Shown here piece after piece: positions 58,510 to 62,015 of a stretch of 62,015 nucleotides of DNA. The notes beneath the pieces are model-generated. The model saw nothing but the letters and a program-made list of their open reading frames with translations. It was not told the DNA's origin and made no database searches. The stretch comes from an uncultured virus (IMG/VR IMGVR_UViG_3300033994_002454). Lineage: Duplodnaviria > Heunggongvirae > Uroviricota > Caudoviricetes. How positions within the stretch are numbered: position 1 is the first letter of the stretch; every line of letters starts with the position of its first letter. The DNA lies in IMG/VR virus record IMGVR_UViG_3300033994_002454, positions 62,001-124,015 of that record; one strand, written 5' to 3'. Position numbers and translations under genes: made by a program.

Positions 58510-60915
58510 TTAAGACATTTTGTAACTATTTTTTCTATTTTCGTCTCCTTGAGTATTTGGGTTATCACCAGTTGTTGCTTCAATTACTTTTTTACCATCA
58601 ATAGCTACATTTATTGGACGATTAGCTAAAGCGTTTACATCTTTTCTTAGTTCCATTATGGCATTTACTACAGATGAAGAATCACCACCTAATTTAATTT
58701 CTCCTTTCCCACCCATTTTGGTAGCTTTACCTGGTTCAGATTTAACGTCGTTTCCAAATAAATTTGTACCTGCAATAACTGTATCTTTATCGTTTAATTG
58801 GATTGCTCCTTCTGGGCCTACTAAGGTGCGTTTACCGTATCCTGGAGGGGCGGACATTAAGTCATCAGCTTTATATGCAGCGATTGCTCCTATAACGGCT
58901 CCTACTCCTGCTAATATAACAGGGACTATAGCTCCAAATGACATAGCTGTAGATGCAGCAGTAGCTGCAGCAGCGTTTGCGGTATTAGCAGCTATTAAAG
59001 CTATAGTTCGTCCAATAGCCATAATAATACCCCCAACTAATTTTCCAGCATATAATCCTGCTAAAAGTCCAGTAATTGAGTATATTAATGTAGTATTTTT
59101 TAACATTTCACCTAAGAAGTTTAGTATTAAACCCATAGGACCATCAACAATGCTAACAAAAATTTCTTTAACATGCTCCATAGTTTGAGCAAATTTTTCA
59201 GCATTAGATTGTTGTTCAAATTGCAAAGCTAATTGTTCATCACCTAATTCTTTAGCTGCTTCTTCAGCAGTACGGGTTTTTCTTAATTCTTCATATCTTG
59301 CTTTAGCAGCTTCAGCATCTTTAAAACCAATTTTAGCTAACGCTTCTCTTTCTATTAATGATTTAGCTAATTCTTCTCGATTTAACCCAATAGCTTTAGC
59401 AATAGCTTCTTGTTGGATTACGTTTAATTTACCAAAATCAGCAGCTGAGCCTACTTGGGCTGCTATCTCAGCGGCAGCATCAGCAGTTTTTCCGTTTAAT
59501 GCTAATCCTCTTGCTCGTTCAAAATTTAAATCTTTACCTAAAAGTAATTCTGCACTTAATTCACTTTCAATAGATTGTTCAAAGTTTAATAAGCTTTCAG
59601 ACATTTTTTCGGTTTGTTCAAGAGTCAAACCAAATTGTTTAGCTTTTACTACAGCTTCGGATACAGCTTTTAAACTTCCTCCTAAACTTAAAGTTAAAGC
59701 AGATGATGCTTTAGAAACGTCTTTTAATACTTGTTTTTCGTTTATAACAAGTTTATTACGCATAGCATATGCTTTAGCACCTCCTAATATTTCTGAGGAA
59801 TTTTGGGCTAAGGTTTTTCCGTTTACTAAGGATACTTTTTGAATTGAAACTAACTCTTCATTAGTAAGTCCTGCTTTTTCACGTAGTTTAGTAAAGGTTT
59901 CTAAATCAGCTTTATTAAGTTTAGCATTTGTTCCTAATGAGGTGCCAATAGCACTTTGGGTTTCCATAAATGCCCTAGCATTTAATGACATATCTCCAGA
60001 AGAAACTGCCATAGCAGCATATTCTTCTCTCATTTTTAATGCATCTTTATAACTTATGTTTTGTGATTTAGCAAAAGCTCCAGCTTGCTTATCTACATCT
60101 ATAAACATTTTAACTAGCTGAGTGACTAAAAATAAAGGGTCTGTAAGTCCTTTTGCTATATCACCGCCAATAGATTTAAATCCTGCTCCTAAAGTTGCTA
60201 ATTTTCCACCACCATCTTTAGCAGTATCTCGCATTTTGCCTAATGCTTTATCAGCATCAATAAATTTACCAACTAATGGTACTTGGCTAATTCCTTTTAT
60301 TAACTTGCCTGTAAGACCAAGTTTAGAATTGATTTGTTCTTCTAACTTAATTTGTTCGTCTAACTGAGCATTAAATCTATTTATATGGACACTTTGTTCA
60401 CTTAATTCACTATTAATTTCATTTTGAGCCGCCCTTAATTTAGTTAAACGAGCTACCTCATTAGCTTCAAGTGTACTTTTATTTTCTAATCCTGAAATTT
60501 CGTCAGCTATAAGTTTTTGGGAAAGTTTTAAATCGTTTAATTTTTCAGCAACTTTTTTCTTTAAATTTTGTAATTCTTTTACTGATAAAGTAGATATTCC
60601 TTGTTGGTGACTTTGTAATTTTGCTGCTAAACTGGATAAATCTGAAAATGCTGCTTTAGATTTTCCAAGTCCACTATTCATGTTTTTCATCTCATCAACA
60701 ATTCTAGTAAAACCTTCTCTAGCTCCTCCAATATCAGAAACATAATCAGCCCAATCTTGTCTTAATGATTTAACTATTCGTTCAGCATCAGAAAGACTCC
60801 CAGTAAAATTTTGAAAACTTGTTGCTTGTTGGGTATCATTTAACTGCTGAGCTAGTTTAATACCTTCTTGGATAAGTTTATTTAACTTTTCTTGTTCTTT
60901 AGGAGTTAAAGCCAT
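58510..60915 (-). CDS. tape measure protein
   Basis: Long Ala/Leu/Lys-rich helical protein, LLNFEQSIE.EL.AELL.GK.LN.E.AR; between chaperone and baseplate genes. Confidence 0.8.
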   Translation of the reverse strand: MALTPKEQEKLNKLIQEGIKLAQQLNDTQQATSFQNFTGSLSDAERIVKSLRQDWADYVSDIGGAREGFTRIVDEMKNMNSGLGKSKAAFSDLSSLAAKLQSHQQGISTLSVKELQNLKKKVAEKLNDLKLSQKLIADEISGLENKSTLEANEVARLTKLRAAQNEINSELSEQSVHINRFNAQLDEQIKLEEQINSKLGLTGKLIKGISQVPLVGKFIDADKALGKMRDTAKDGGGKLATLGAGFKSIGGDIAKGLTDPLFLVTQLVKMFIDVDKQAGAFAKSQNISYKDALKMREEYAAMAVSSGDMSLNARAFMETQSAIGTSLGTNAKLNKADLETFTKLREKAGLTNEELVSIQKVSLVNGKTLAQNSSEILGGAKAYAMRNKLVINEKQVLKDVSKASSALTLSLGGSLKAVSEAVVKAKQFGLTLEQTEKMSESLLNFEQSIESELSAELLLGKDLNFERARGLALNGKTADAAAEIAAQVGSAADFGKLNVIQQEAIAKAIGLNREELAKSLIEREALAKIGFKDAEAAKARYEELRKTRTAEEAAKELGDEQLALQFEQQSNAEKFAQTMEHVKEIFVSIVDGPMGLILNFLGEMLKNTTLIYSITGLLAGLYAGKLVGGIIMAIGRTIALIAANTANAAAATAASTAMSFGAIVPVILAGVGAVIGAIAAYKADDLMSAPPGYGKRTLVGPEGAIQLNDKDTVIAGTNLFGNDVKSEPGKATKMGGKGEIKLGGDSSSVVNAIMELRKDVNALANRPINVAIDGKKVIEATTGDNPNTQGDENRKNSYKMS

Positions 60916-60928
60916 TTAAATGATTTTA

Positions 60929-60938
60929 TTATAAATAT
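60929..60938 (-). promoter_or_regulatory. putative late promoter ATATTTATAA
   Basis: 13 nt upstream of tape measure ATG; recurrent. Confidence 0.65.
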
Positions 60939-60953
60939 TGAAAATCAACATTT

Positions 60954-61254
60954 TTAGCTATATTTAGGAACATTTTTGCTTTGTAGTGCTTTTTGAAGCA
61001 ATTCAGGAGCTTTTATTGTACCATCTGGGTTGATGACTGTTTTCTTTCCATCACCTACTTTGTTTTCAAGAGCATTTTTTTCTTCGGTATAAAAATCTTG
61101 AATTTTTGAGAATGTAAAACGGCGGAGCCATATAGGCATGTTATAGATTGTATCCCAATCGTATCCACCTTTACCGTGAAAAACTATCTCATGAATTTGT
61201 GTAAATACAGCAGCCCTAGCTTGGGGAGCTATTTCATAGGTCAGGCCAAAAAAA
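60954..61254 (-). CDS. gp51-like/tail chaperone extension, probably reached by frameshift
   Basis: IHEIVFHG.GG.DW..IYNMPIWLRRF; no good in-frame ATG ahead of the conserved-looking part. Confidence 0.6.
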
Positions 61255-61962
61255 GCTAATCCCAATTGGGATACTGATTCTATCGTCACTCCCGTCGGGA
61301 AAAAAAGTTAGATCAACATCTGGTTGAATCTCTCTAATATATTCTCTTAATGCCCTGGAGTCTTGGGCGAGAAGATAATTGTCGACAAATTCTCGAATGT
61401 CTTTTTTATCTCGTTTTCCTTCTACTGAGGTGATTAGGTATTTTAAACGGGTTGAAAGTTCGGGAGAGGCATCTTTATTGATTTTTTTCAAACCTTCTAG
61501 TTCACGAGCAATATCTTGTTCGTCTTTATGACTTAAAAGTTTAAATGTAACTACATTACCTGATTTAGGAAGGGTAAAGGTAAATTCGTTTACACGATTT
61601 GCAAATAATTCTTCTTTAAGTGGTTTATTTTCAACTTGAGATAAATCTACTGTATGAGAATCACCTAAATAATTAAAAGTATATTCAGCACCATATCCTA
61701 AAATACGAGCAGCAACCATAATTGCATTTTTATCACCAATTAAAATATCATCATAATTAATTTTTGACACAATTAATGATTTCATTAATTTATCCAATAC
61801 AGTACCGTTTTTAATATATGATTGGTTGGTAAGAATATCTTCTTCTTTAGCAGTCATGTATTTAATTTCAACAGTACCTTTTGCTAATTCAGAATCTTCA
61901 GGATATAGTAAGCCTTTAGAAGGTAATTCAACTGTTTCAGTTGGTAATTTAAATTCACTCAT
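61234..61962 (-). CDS. tail/baseplate assembly chaperone (T4 gp26-like)
   Basis: LPSKGL.Y, MTAKEEDIL, GD.NAI..AAR..GYG, DSRALR, FFWP. Confidence 0.8.
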   Translation of the reverse strand: MSEFKLPTETVELPSKGLLYPEDSELAKGTVEIKYMTAKEEDILTNQSYIKNGTVLDKLMKSLIVSKINYDDILIGDKNAIMVAARILGYGAEYTFNYLGDSHTVDLSQVENKPLKEELFANRVNEFTFTLPKSGNVVTFKLLSHKDEQDIARELEGLKKINKDASPELSTRLKYLITSVEGKRDKKDIREFVDNYLLAQDSRALREYIREIQPDVDLTFFPDGSDDRISIPIGISFFWPDL

Positions 61963-62015
61963 AATTTTTATTTAATATAACTTTATTGTCCTATATACAT
62001 ATATTAAAGAGAAGA

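Overview
A 62-kb, AT-rich segment of a large tailed dsDNA phage (T4-like replisome, myovirus-type baseplate genes). A Bacteroidota host is inferred from the absence of obvious Shine-Dalgarno sites, TTG...TAnnTTTA promoter-like boxes and the QueE type. Every credible gene is on the minus strand and reads in the standard code. In transcription order (right to left): tail assembly chaperone with a candidate +1 frameshift, tape measure and baseplate genes; a divergent short family-A polymerase heading an SSB/RecA/5'-3' exonuclease/helicase/nrdB/nrdA run; a lysis cassette; Ser/Thr-rich fibre genes; Smr, GH16, thyX and an SLT; a 7-deazaguanine cluster (TGT/DpdA-like, queC, queD, queE, folE) next to an NTP-pyrophosphatase and a family-B polymerase; sliding clamp, groES/groEL, clamp loaders, two HNH homing endonucleases, a Cas4-like nuclease; and a ~10-kb glycosylation cluster (glycosyltransferases, FkbM, DegT, acetyltransferase, rmlB). 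Most notable are the divergent PolA with an altered steric-gate position alongside a PolB, the non-canonical deazaguanine enzymes, and insulated late-gene cassettes with shared peptide motifs inserted between early genes. All product calls come from motif recognition by eye; no database search was run.
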